From: Candidatus Zixiibacteriota bacterium
Lineage (GTDB): Bacteria > Zixibacteria > MSB-5A5 > RBG-16-43-9
Length of the DNA stretch: 64,000 nt
Direction: 5' to 3'
Assembly (NCBI GenBank): GCA_030692925.1
Contig: JAUYBY010000093.1
Span: 11,258-75,257, forward strand
A model generated the notes under the pieces. That model ran no database searches. It was not told where the DNA came from and saw only the letters and a program-made list of their open reading frames with translations. The position numbers and the translations under genes are program-made. Of the stretch, positions 50,008 to 57,626 are shown piece after piece. Position 1 is the first letter of the stretch. Every line of letters starts with the position of its first letter.

Positions 50008-50622
50008 ATGATTTTAAGAATATTTTCTTTAATGGGTTCATTTGCTTCTTTAGTCGGACTTATTTTAATGATTTTTACTCAAAAACAGTCTTTGACCACT
50101 ATACAAGTTATATTGCTATTGGCTTCGCTCGCTCTTTTAGTCCTTGCGATCATATTGGTGATTGTGGATTATTACAGAAAAAAACCAAAATCTCTATCTA
50201 AGGATTCCCAAATCAGAGACTATATGTTTAAATGGATTTCGCACAGTGGAAGAGTTGCCATTTTTAGTCATGACATGAGCTGGGTTTGCGATGATGAGAT
50301 GAGAGAACTTCTCAGTTCTAAGGCGGGAAAAGATGAGTTGTACCTATTTTTGCCACAACAAATTGCATTGATTGACCAATTGCCGGGAGCTCACGTATAC
50401 ATTTACCCTGAGCTGGAATATGTGCCTGAGTCTAGATTCACAATTATTCGTAAAGGACGTATGGATGCTCAAGTGGCAGTGGGAAGAAAAATCGGAAGTA
50501 AACATGTAATTGAAGAGTTCTCAGCAGGGCAACATCCGGTCTTTTCAATTGCAAATGATCTAACGGAGATCTTAATGCAATTTAACCGTTGGAAACGGAT
50601 AGATAAGAAGGAGAAAGAATGA
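50008..50622 (+). CDS. Hypothetical protein: two N-terminal TM helices plus a cytoplasmic domain of about 140 aa with unknown fold
   Basis: GGAGG 7 nt upstream. TM1 FSLMGSFASLVGLILMIF, TM2 VILLLASLALLVLAIILVIV. AT-rich gene. Confidence 0.5.
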   Translation: MILRIFSLMGSFASLVGLILMIFTQKQSLTTIQVILLLASLALLVLAIILVIVDYYRKKPKSLSKDSQIRDYMFKWISHSGRVAIFSHDMSWVCDDEMRELLSSKAGKDELYLFLPQQIALIDQLPGAHVYIYPELEYVPESRFTIIRKGRMDAQVAVGRKIGSKHVIEEFSAGQHPVFSIANDLTEILMQFNRWKRIDKKEKE

Positions 50623-51371
50623 GGCCTGTGAAAGGCAAGAGCCAAGATGAAATAACTTTAGAGTGGGAAAGAATTGCTAAATTGAGAGCTGCGCAAATCG
50701 AAAAAGGCAGGGACTTGAGTTTCTCTTTAGTCTTGCTCCCATCTATCCTAGAACTTACTATGGAAAGCGATTTTACGGATGTCATTGACATAGGTTGCGG
50801 AAGCGGTTTTCTGACGAAGGAATTAGCAAGGAAAGCTACACGGGTTGTCGGTATCGATTTGAGTCAAGAGAATATTGATATTGCACAAGCACGGAATATA
50901 GAAAGCGCTAATATCAAATTTATAAATACATCAGTTGAAGACTATTCGCTTAGCGTTGCATCACCACGCTTTACATTGGCAATTGCAAATATGTCATTGA
51001 TGACGACACTCCATTTAGATGGACTTCTTGAATCTATAGCTCGTGTACTTAAAACGGGGGCCCATTTTGTTTTTACTATTACTCACCCTTGTTTCTGGCC
51101 TTTCTATTGGGAATATGCTCTGGAAGATTGGTTTGTGTATGAAGAAGAAATCCCGATTGAAGCTCCTTTCAGAATTTCATTGGAAACTTGCAATGGATTA
51201 CTCACGACCCATGTACATCGTCCATTAGAACAATATGTATCTAGTTTACTAAAAACAGGCTTTATTATACATAAAATACTGGAACCTATGCCCAATAAGG
51301 ATATTGAAGCAAAATATCCGAGTCGTTGGAAATATCCTCGCTTTTTAGGTATGAATTGTATTCGAAGATAG
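50619..51371 (+). CDS. Class I SAM-dependent methyltransferase
   Basis: Motif I VIDIGCGSGFLTKELA and post-I VVGIDLS. ATGA start/stop overlap with the upstream gene. Confidence 0.8.
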   Translation: MRPVKGKSQDEITLEWERIAKLRAAQIEKGRDLSFSLVLLPSILELTMESDFTDVIDIGCGSGFLTKELARKATRVVGIDLSQENIDIAQARNIESANIKFINTSVEDYSLSVASPRFTLAIANMSLMTTLHLDGLLESIARVLKTGAHFVFTITHPCFWPFYWEYALEDWFVYEEEIPIEAPFRISLETCNGLLTTHVHRPLEQYVSSLLKTGFIIHKILEPMPNKDIEAKYPSRWKYPRFLGMNCIRR

Positions 51372-51544
51372 AATCTTAAAGTAAGTGTTGAATGACTGAA
51401 GAAAAGAAAACATTTAACATCATGCATACTATATTAGCTTACTAAATTCTTTTGATTATCAGCTTAAAAAATTTTTTAGCAAAAAGATAGATATCCTCTC
51501 AATTGGCTTCCATACGCTATTCTATTCTCTTTTTAACATTCTTT

Positions 51545-53200
51545 TCACGGACTCTCTGCTTTAATCCCCATCTCAATAATCTCCCACGGAAACAAATAAT
51601 CTTTTGGTTTTTCTTTGAAGGCTAAGAATCCCGTATCCACTTCTGCTTTCTTAAACGCCTGCGTTAGAGGCAGGTTTTCTTTGATATGATAATAAAGCCC
51701 CATACCTACTTTTCTATTCCCCTGGGATAAAACCCCTTGCAGGATTGCTTCTTTTATGCTTTTTTTCTCAAATTTGACACCTTTCAGGCTTCTTACCCCA
51801 TCCGAGATTATTTTCAGTTTTTCCCGTAGCGATTTTTCAGAGTCCATAGGTGCCCATTGGAAAGGGGTGTGTGCTTTGGGAACGAAGGGATTTACGGAGA
51901 GAATGATTTGTTTTTTTTCGTAGACTCTGAGCGAAGTCGAAGAGCGGGCCTCCCCACGGTTCGACAAGCTCACCGTCGTTCCGACAAAAATATTATGAAT
52001 CTCTTTGACTAAATCCACAATCCCCTCAATATCTTCAGTTTTCTCAAAAGGAAGCCCGATGATAAAATAAAGTTTCAGCTTCTCTAAATTCTTTTCCCTC
52101 GCCAGACGCGCAGCATAGAGGACATCCTCACGGTCAATCCTTTTATCGATAATCTTCCACATCCTTTCAGTCCCGGCCTCAGGGGCTAAGGTCAAGGTTT
52201 TAAGACCAGATTTAATTAAAATATCTAAAAGCCCTGGAGTAACCTTGTCCACCCGCAGGGATGAAACCCCTATCTGGTAACCTTTTTGGTATAAATCACA
52301 GCAAAGCTCTTCCAAAAAAGGCAGGTCCGAGACCATTGAGCCTAAAAGCCCGACAGACTTCGAACCACCTGCATACTTTTCAATCTCATAAATAATCTTC
52401 TCTTTTTTATGAGGCCTGAAGGGCTTGTATAAATGCCCCACCGCACAGAACCTGCATTTCCAGGCACATCCTCTTTCGGTTTCGACAATGAACATATCCT
52501 TAAAATGAGAAAGTGGAGTGACAATCGAAGAATAAGTCTCAATCTTTTCTAGATCAGCTTTTCGATTTTCGATTTTAGAGGGGAACCCTTGCTCAATATT
52601 ATATTCTTTCAAAAAACCTTTTTCATCATAGATCGGCTTATAAGATTCTGGAACATAAACACCTTTGACTTTTGCCAATTCCTGGAGAGTTCTTTTTCTA
52701 TCATGACCTTTCTTAAAAATCTCAGCGACTTCGACGATGCCCTCCTCAGCCTCACCGATAAAGATAGCATCAAAAAAGGATGCCATAACCTCTGGATTCA
52801 AAGTTACAGCCACCCCACCAGCTAAAAGGAAGGGATGGTTTTCATCTCTTTCTTTTGAGAGTAGAGGAATCTTCGCCTGTTTTAAAATCTTAAGGACATT
52901 CAAGTAATCTAACTCAAACGGAACCGAGAAAGAAATAATCTGGAAAAAATTCAAAGGGTCACCAGATTCCAGTGTCCTGACCTTATCCTGAGGCTTATAA
53001 TCAAAAAGGAAGAACCTCTCGCAGGAAACTCCTTCAATTTGATTTAATATCCTGTAAATCGTCTGAAAACCTAAATTAGCAATCCCCACCTCATATCTAT
53101 TGGGAAAACCCGAAGCTACCCTGAGCTGGTATGAGCTTTTTATTATGGTCCCTTTTTCCTGGGATAAAATATTTTTTCTTATTTTGTCGAATTCTCGCAT
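51545..53200 (-). CDS. B12-binding-domain radical SAM protein (TIGR03960-like, function unknown)
   Basis: CAWKCRFC (CxxxCxxC) and N-terminal ...FPNRYEVGIANLGFQTIYRILN. The track start (53251) lies inside a repeat hairpin (AGCTCGATAAATCGAGCA), so I prefer the ATG at 53200 (MREFDK...). Confidence 0.85.
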   Translation of the reverse strand: MREFDKIRKNILSQEKGTIIKSSYQLRVASGFPNRYEVGIANLGFQTIYRILNQIEGVSCERFFLFDYKPQDKVRTLESGDPLNFFQIISFSVPFELDYLNVLKILKQAKIPLLSKERDENHPFLLAGGVAVTLNPEVMASFFDAIFIGEAEEGIVEVAEIFKKGHDRKRTLQELAKVKGVYVPESYKPIYDEKGFLKEYNIEQGFPSKIENRKADLEKIETYSSIVTPLSHFKDMFIVETERGCAWKCRFCAVGHLYKPFRPHKKEKIIYEIEKYAGGSKSVGLLGSMVSDLPFLEELCCDLYQKGYQIGVSSLRVDKVTPGLLDILIKSGLKTLTLAPEAGTERMWKIIDKRIDREDVLYAARLAREKNLEKLKLYFIIGLPFEKTEDIEGIVDLVKEIHNIFVGTTVSLSNRGEARSSTSLRVYEKKQIILSVNPFVPKAHTPFQWAPMDSEKSLREKLKIISDGVRSLKGVKFEKKSIKEAILQGVLSQGNRKVGMGLYYHIKENLPLTQAFKKAEVDTGFLAFKEKPKDYLFPWEIIEMGIKAESP

Positions 53201-53264
53201 ATTCTTTGATGAAAAGATCATCCACGTTGAGAAGCTCGATAAATCGAGCAACTACAATATATGC

Positions 53265-53345
53265 CCTCTCCCATAAAGGGAGAGGGAACTTCAAACCTCT
53301 CCTCAGTCAGATTTCCCTCCCTTAACGGGAGGGAATTAAAGGGAG
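53265..53345. repeat. CCCTCTCCC-ATAAA-GGGAGAGGG and TTCCCTCCC-TTAAC-GGGAGGGAA hairpins (REP-like)
   Basis: Read directly from the sequence. Confidence 0.85.
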
Positions 53346-53478
53346 GGTGAAATAAACATCACCATTATAAAAAATAAAGAGTCTTTCTACAACAAAAATT
53401 GTAGGGGCACGTTGTTACGTGCCCCTACCTTAAAAATCGACGTCCGAGATAAACCCGGACGCTACGAACTTCCCCTCA

Positions 53479-53510
53479 CCCTAACCCTCTCCCACAAGGG
53501 GAGAGGGAAC
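53479..53510. repeat. 32 nt exact copy of 9533-9564 (CCCTAACCCTCTCCCACAAGGGGAGAGGGAAC)
   Basis: Direct comparison of the two loci. Confidence 0.9.
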
Positions 53511-53528
53511 ACAATCCTCTTTTTTTAA

Positions 53529-53779
53529 TTATAACGTCACCGAGACTACGTACATTCCGCCTTCTCTTTCGATCACCATCACCAGTCTTCTTTGATTCCC
53601 GACGTTGGCAATCAGCTTCTTATAATCATCCATATTTTTTATCTTTTGATTATTGATCTCCCGGATCACATCGCCTTCTCTTAAACCTAAACTTTTCCCT
53701 TTACTATTTTCTTCAACTGGCTTTTGGCTATAGCTTTTTTCTCATCAACCTTCATTCCGCAGACTGGGTCTATTGCCAC
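53529..53779 (-). pseudogene. Gene remnant: YHS/TRASH-type N-terminal fragment out of frame with a PDZ-domain C-terminal fragment
   Basis: My translation: GGAGGAATC-GTG AIDPVCGMKVDEKKAIAKSQLKKIVKGKV* (53779..53687). In another frame: GLREGDVIREINNQKIKNMDDYKKLIANVGNQRRLVMVIEREGGMYVVSVTL* (to 53529). Confidence 0.45.
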
Positions 53780-53805
53780 GATTCCTCCTCTGGGAATTAT
53801 TTATT

Positions 53806-53880
53806 GGAGTATAAACCTTCAGGTTTATTAGCTTTCTTGTCTTTGTCCGTTAATCTGGTAAAGCTGAAGCTTTACACTCC
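53806..53880. repeat. Two-hairpin palindromic element, copy 6 (29 nt linker)
   Basis: GGAGT ATAAACC TTCA GGTTTAT -29 nt- GTAAAGC TGAA GCTTTAC ACTCC. All stems are perfect. Confidence 0.85.
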
Positions 53881-53891
53881 AGCATCATGCA

Positions 53892-55043
53892 CTATACGAA
53901 ACTTAAAGCTCTTCTCAAATCCTCAATCAAATCCTCTTCATTCTCTATCCCCACGCTCAAGCGAATTAGCGTATCGCTGATCCCTAATTTTCTCCTCAGG
54001 GCAGGAGGGATAGAGGAATGGGTCATTATTCCCGGATGGTCAGCCAAAGATTCCACTCCACCCAGGCTTTCAGCTAAGGAAAACAATTTCAATTTTCGTA
54101 AGAGCCTTTTAGCCCCGGCTAAATTGCTTTTCAGCTCAAAAGAGACTATCCCTCCAAAACCGCTCATCTGCTTTTGGACTAATTTATAATCGGGATGAGA
54201 TTTTAGTCCGGGAAAGATAACCCTCTTCACTTTCTTGTGGGCTGACAAAAAGTTTGCAACCTGAATAGCATTAGCCTCATGCTCTCGCATACGCAAAGAC
54301 AAAGTCTTAAGCCCTCTTAAGACCAAGAAACAATCAAAAGGTCCTGGAACACCACCAACTGCATTCTGGCAGAATTTCATCCTGTCATAACATGCCTGGT
54401 TTGAAGTTAGAATCGCGCCCCCGACTAAGTCGCTGTGCCCTCCTAAATATTTTGTGCTGCTGTGCACTACTATATCAATTCCCAAGGAAAGGGGCTTCTG
54501 GAAGTAAGGGGTGGCAAAAGTATTATCCACCACTGAAATAAGATTATGTTTCTTAGCAAACTCTGAAACTTTTTTCAAATCGATGATCTTCAAAAGCGGA
54601 TTAGTCGGAGTCTCGACCCAGACCATTTTACTATTTTTCTTGAAAACCTTTAAGAGGTTTTCTGGAGAAGTTAAATCTACATAAGAAAATTCAAGCCCAT
54701 AATCTCTATAAACCTTTTCAAATATCCTGTAGGTACCCCCATACAGGTCATCGCAGGATATTATATGGTCTCCGGCTTTTAAGAGATTCATTACCGTGGA
54801 GATGGCTGCCATTCCGGAAGAGAAAGCCAGCCCGAATCTTGCCTCCTCTAAAGATGCCAGGCATTTCTCTAAAGCAAGTCGGGTCGGGTTGGCTGTGCGG
54901 GAATATTCATAACCTTTATGTTTTCCCGGAGATTCCTGCACATAGGTTGAGGTCTGGTAGATCGGCACGATGATGGCTCCTGTGGTTTTATCTGGCTCCT
55001 GTCCTATATGGATAGCTTTGGTCTCAAACTTCATCTTGGACAA
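53892..55043 (-). CDS. Cystathionine gamma-lyase/gamma-synthase family PLP enzyme (MccB/MetB-like)
   Basis: Cys/Met metabolism PLP fold with VVHSSTKYLGGHSD (PLP lysine). Confidence 0.9.
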   Translation of the reverse strand: MSKMKFETKAIHIGQEPDKTTGAIIVPIYQTSTYVQESPGKHKGYEYSRTANPTRLALEKCLASLEEARFGLAFSSGMAAISTVMNLLKAGDHIISCDDLYGGTYRIFEKVYRDYGLEFSYVDLTSPENLLKVFKKNSKMVWVETPTNPLLKIIDLKKVSEFAKKHNLISVVDNTFATPYFQKPLSLGIDIVVHSSTKYLGGHSDLVGGAILTSNQACYDRMKFCQNAVGGVPGPFDCFLVLRGLKTLSLRMREHEANAIQVANFLSAHKKVKRVIFPGLKSHPDYKLVQKQMSGFGGIVSFELKSNLAGAKRLLRKLKLFSLAESLGGVESLADHPGIMTHSSIPPALRRKLGISDTLIRLSVGIENEEDLIEDLRRALSFV

Positions 55044-55092
55044 ATTGGTCCTTCTCCTTTTTTTGAATTAATCTATTTTTTTTGCTGAAGAT

Positions 55093-56067
55093 TTAATCTA
55101 AAAATCCGTTATCCTTCATCCATTGATCCGAATAGATCTTGCTCAGATAACGGGTGCCTGAATCTGGCAGGATGGTTACAATTATTTTGTCTTTCCCCAC
55201 CTTTTTGGCTAAATCTGCTGCTACCTTTACTGCAGAGCCGCTCGAACCGCCCACGAAAAGCCCTTCTTCTTTGGTCAACCTTCGAGCCATTAAAAAAGAT
55301 TCCTTATCATTCACCTGAACGACATCGTCTATGATGGAAAAATCGACATTCTGTGCCAGCATATCCTCTCCAATCCCCTCCACCTTATAGATTTTGGGCT
55401 CGATTAGTTTCTTATGCTTGAAATAGTCATAATAGACTGAGCCGATTGGATCAACTGCGATGATCTTTAAATCAGTTTTTTTCTCTTTTAGAAATCTCCC
55501 TGCGCCGGATAAAGTTCCCCCTGTTCCAATTCCTACTACAAAGTAATCCATCTTCCCTTCAGTCTGTTCCCAGATCTCAGGTCCAGTTGTATAATAATGA
55601 GATTCGGTATTCTTAGGGTTATGATATTGATTTAAGTAAAAGGAATTCGGAGTCTCCCGGGCAATCCTTTTTGCGGTTTCATGGTAGCTCAAGGGGGAAT
55701 CTGCCGGGACGTCTGTGGGCGTCACGACTACCTCTGCGCCAAAACCTTTTAAAAGATTTATTTTCTCCAGGCTCATCTTGTCCGGAATGGTGAAGATTGC
55801 TTTATACCCTTTAATAGCTGCCACAATCACCACCCCGATCCCCGTATTCCCAGAGGTATTTTCTACTATAGTCCCCCCGGGTTTGAGCAGTCCTCTTCTT
55901 TCAGCGTCTTCGATCATATAGAGTGCCATCCGGTCCTTGATGCTCCCCCCGGGATTCATAAACTCCGCTTTGGCTAAAACCGTGGCGGAGTTTTCCCCCA
56001 CTATCCTTTTTAACTTGACCAGGGGGGTGTTGCCGATCGCTTTTAATATGTCGGGAACTATGTGCAT
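55093..56067 (-). CDS. Cystathionine beta-synthase / cysteine synthase family PLP enzyme (no CBS regulatory domains)
   Basis: IGNTPLV...NPGGSIKDR...GNTGIG...GTGGT. I prefer the start at MHIVPDIL (56067), which removes the overlap with the upstream gene. Confidence 0.9.
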   Translation of the reverse strand: MHIVPDILKAIGNTPLVKLKRIVGENSATVLAKAEFMNPGGSIKDRMALYMIEDAERRGLLKPGGTIVENTSGNTGIGVVIVAAIKGYKAIFTIPDKMSLEKINLLKGFGAEVVVTPTDVPADSPLSYHETAKRIARETPNSFYLNQYHNPKNTESHYYTTGPEIWEQTEGKMDYFVVGIGTGGTLSGAGRFLKEKKTDLKIIAVDPIGSVYYDYFKHKKLIEPKIYKVEGIGEDMLAQNVDFSIIDDVVQVNDKESFLMARRLTKEEGLFVGGSSGSAVKVAADLAKKVGKDKIIVTILPDSGTRYLSKIYSDQWMKDNGFLD

Positions 56068-56084
56068 TCTGAAAGCTAACGATT

Positions 56085-57116
56085 CTAAATACAACGGTTG
56101 GGGCATCTTCTGAAAACAGGCATATTCTTAGAGGTTTCGACCTTAACCAGTTTCTCCATCTTCTGACCATCCCGTGACAGGAGAAGTCTAACCTCTGAAC
56201 CTATGGGGGCTTTGGAGATCATCTTTCTGAACTCCGCTTCACCTTTTATCTTTTTCCCATCACAGCCTATAATCAGATCTCCCACCTTGACCCCCTGTTT
56301 GAAAGCAGGACCATCTTTATCTACCTCTGACACCTTCACCCCTTCTCCCTCTGAGCGATTCTGTTTAAGCTTGCTGCGGCCTGTGTTAGAGTAAATTCCT
56401 ATCCAGCCTCTTTTGATCTGTCCATCCTGCTTGAGGATTCTTCCTACCACCTCGCAGGTGGATGCAGGTAAGACTAAGATTACATTATCCTTACCCTCTA
56501 ATTTCCCTTCTGCCAGACCTAAAAGCTCACCCTGATAGTTGAAAATCGGTGTGCCTGCCTGATAGGAGCAAAAATTAGCGGACACAACTAATAGCTCCTG
56601 GTCATAAGGGTCGATTCCCCCGATCCAGGAAGACCCGACCGTCCCCAGAGCCACCTGCAGGCCCTTGGAGTAATTGGTGTTTCCTATTATCAGACCCAAG
56701 GTGCCGTTTCTGATCTGCTCCTTTTTTGCCAGGCGCACCGGTTTCAAATTCCCTTTTTTCAACTTGATCAAGCTGACATTGGTTTCAAAATCGCAGTAGA
56801 CGTCCGCAATTTCTGAATCCCCTATGGTAGTTCCATCCTGGAGTTTAATTTTGAGCTCATCTGAATTCTGCAGGAGGTTTTCAGTGGTGAGGATAAAATC
56901 CTTGTCCAGTACCACTCCGGAGCCGATCTTCATACTTCCGTCCACCCGGTTAACTGCTGAGATCGAGACCACCGAAGGGCCGACCTTATCCATAACCTCA
57001 TATATCTCGGACTGCATCCTTTCCAGATGGCTACCCCGGCTACATCCGCTGAGGATAAAAACAGGCAGGATAAGACAAGCTGTCTTGATAAAGGTAGAAT
57101 TTAGAGAGAACTTCAT
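56085..57116 (-). CDS. HtrA/DegS-like lipoprotein with a PDZ domain and all three catalytic residues substituted (pseudoprotease)
   Basis: Lipobox LSGC. Chymotrypsin-fold blocks align to DegP: GSGVVLDKDFILTTENLL (His to Asn), TNVSLIKL (Asp to Asn), SYQAGTPIFNYQGELLGL (GNSGG Ser to Ala). C-terminal PDZ: GVKVSEVDKDGPAFKQGVKVGDLIIGCDGKKI. Confidence 0.75.
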   Translation of the reverse strand: MKFSLNSTFIKTACLILPVFILSGCSRGSHLERMQSEIYEVMDKVGPSVVSISAVNRVDGSMKIGSGVVLDKDFILTTENLLQNSDELKIKLQDGTTIGDSEIADVYCDFETNVSLIKLKKGNLKPVRLAKKEQIRNGTLGLIIGNTNYSKGLQVALGTVGSSWIGGIDPYDQELLVVSANFCSYQAGTPIFNYQGELLGLAEGKLEGKDNVILVLPASTCEVVGRILKQDGQIKRGWIGIYSNTGRSKLKQNRSEGEGVKVSEVDKDGPAFKQGVKVGDLIIGCDGKKIKGEAEFRKMISKAPIGSEVRLLLSRDGQKMEKLVKVETSKNMPVFRRCPNRCI

Positions 57117-57146
57117 AGAAACTTTAGCGATTGGTTATGCTTTACC

Positions 57147-57626
57147 TCACTTCTGGCTGACAGTGTAGATTGTCAAGAGTCCATCGTCTTTAGCTGAGAG
57201 AAGCTGGCCCTCGTAGATGATCAGGTTATTGACCAGGCCGCCTGAACTGTAACCTCCGGATCTGAACACAGAGGAAAGGCTTATTGCTGCACCTATCAAA
57301 ATTAAAACTGAGAAGACGTAAGCCGGAACCGGACCCAAAAGAGGCGTCCGGAGTAAAGCTAAAAGCTTATCCAGTTTTTCTCGTAAATAACTTTTGAAAT
57401 CGAACAAGGGGAAAGCTGAGTTTTTTTTCGGGCTGAACCCTTCCCAGTAATTAGCTGGTGGCTTAAAATCGAGCGCCTTCTGCAGCAGGCCTAAAGCAGC
57501 GTTATATTCTTCAAACTCTTTGAAACACTCAGGACAAATCTTGAAATGCTCCTTTAAAAAACCCTTTTTCCCCTCACTCAGATCTTTATAGTCTATGAAA
57601 AAATCTTTACCTTTTTTGCACCTCAT
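57147..57626 (-). CDS. Anti-sigma factor (zf-HC2 type, single TM)
   Basis: EHFKICPEC (H-x3-C-x2-C) and a TM helix PAYVFSVLILIGAAISL. Overlaps the sigma gene by 20 nt. Confidence 0.7.
   Translation of the reverse strand: MRCKKGKDFFIDYKDLSEGKKGFLKEHFKICPECFKEFEEYNAALGLLQKALDFKPPANYWEGFSPKKNSAFPLFDFKSYLREKLDKLLALLRTPLLGPVPAYVFSVLILIGAAISLSSVFRSGGYSSGGLVNNLIIYEGQLLSAKDDGLLTIYTVSQK

Noticed and set aside
50170-50622. Resemblance of the 2TM protein's C-terminal domain to TIR (RVAIFSHDMSW) or PLD/HKD (SRFTIIRKG) domains.
   Set aside because: Only a few residues match. There is no HxK(x)4D motif and no convincing TIR catalytic Glu context. It is left as an unknown fold pending profile or structure searches.
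51372-51544. AT-rich palindrome GCTTAAAAAATTTTTTAGC between the convergent methyltransferase and radical SAM genes, considered as a bidirectional terminator.
   Set aside because: The stem is almost pure A/T with a bulge and would be very weak. It is too uncertain to annotate.
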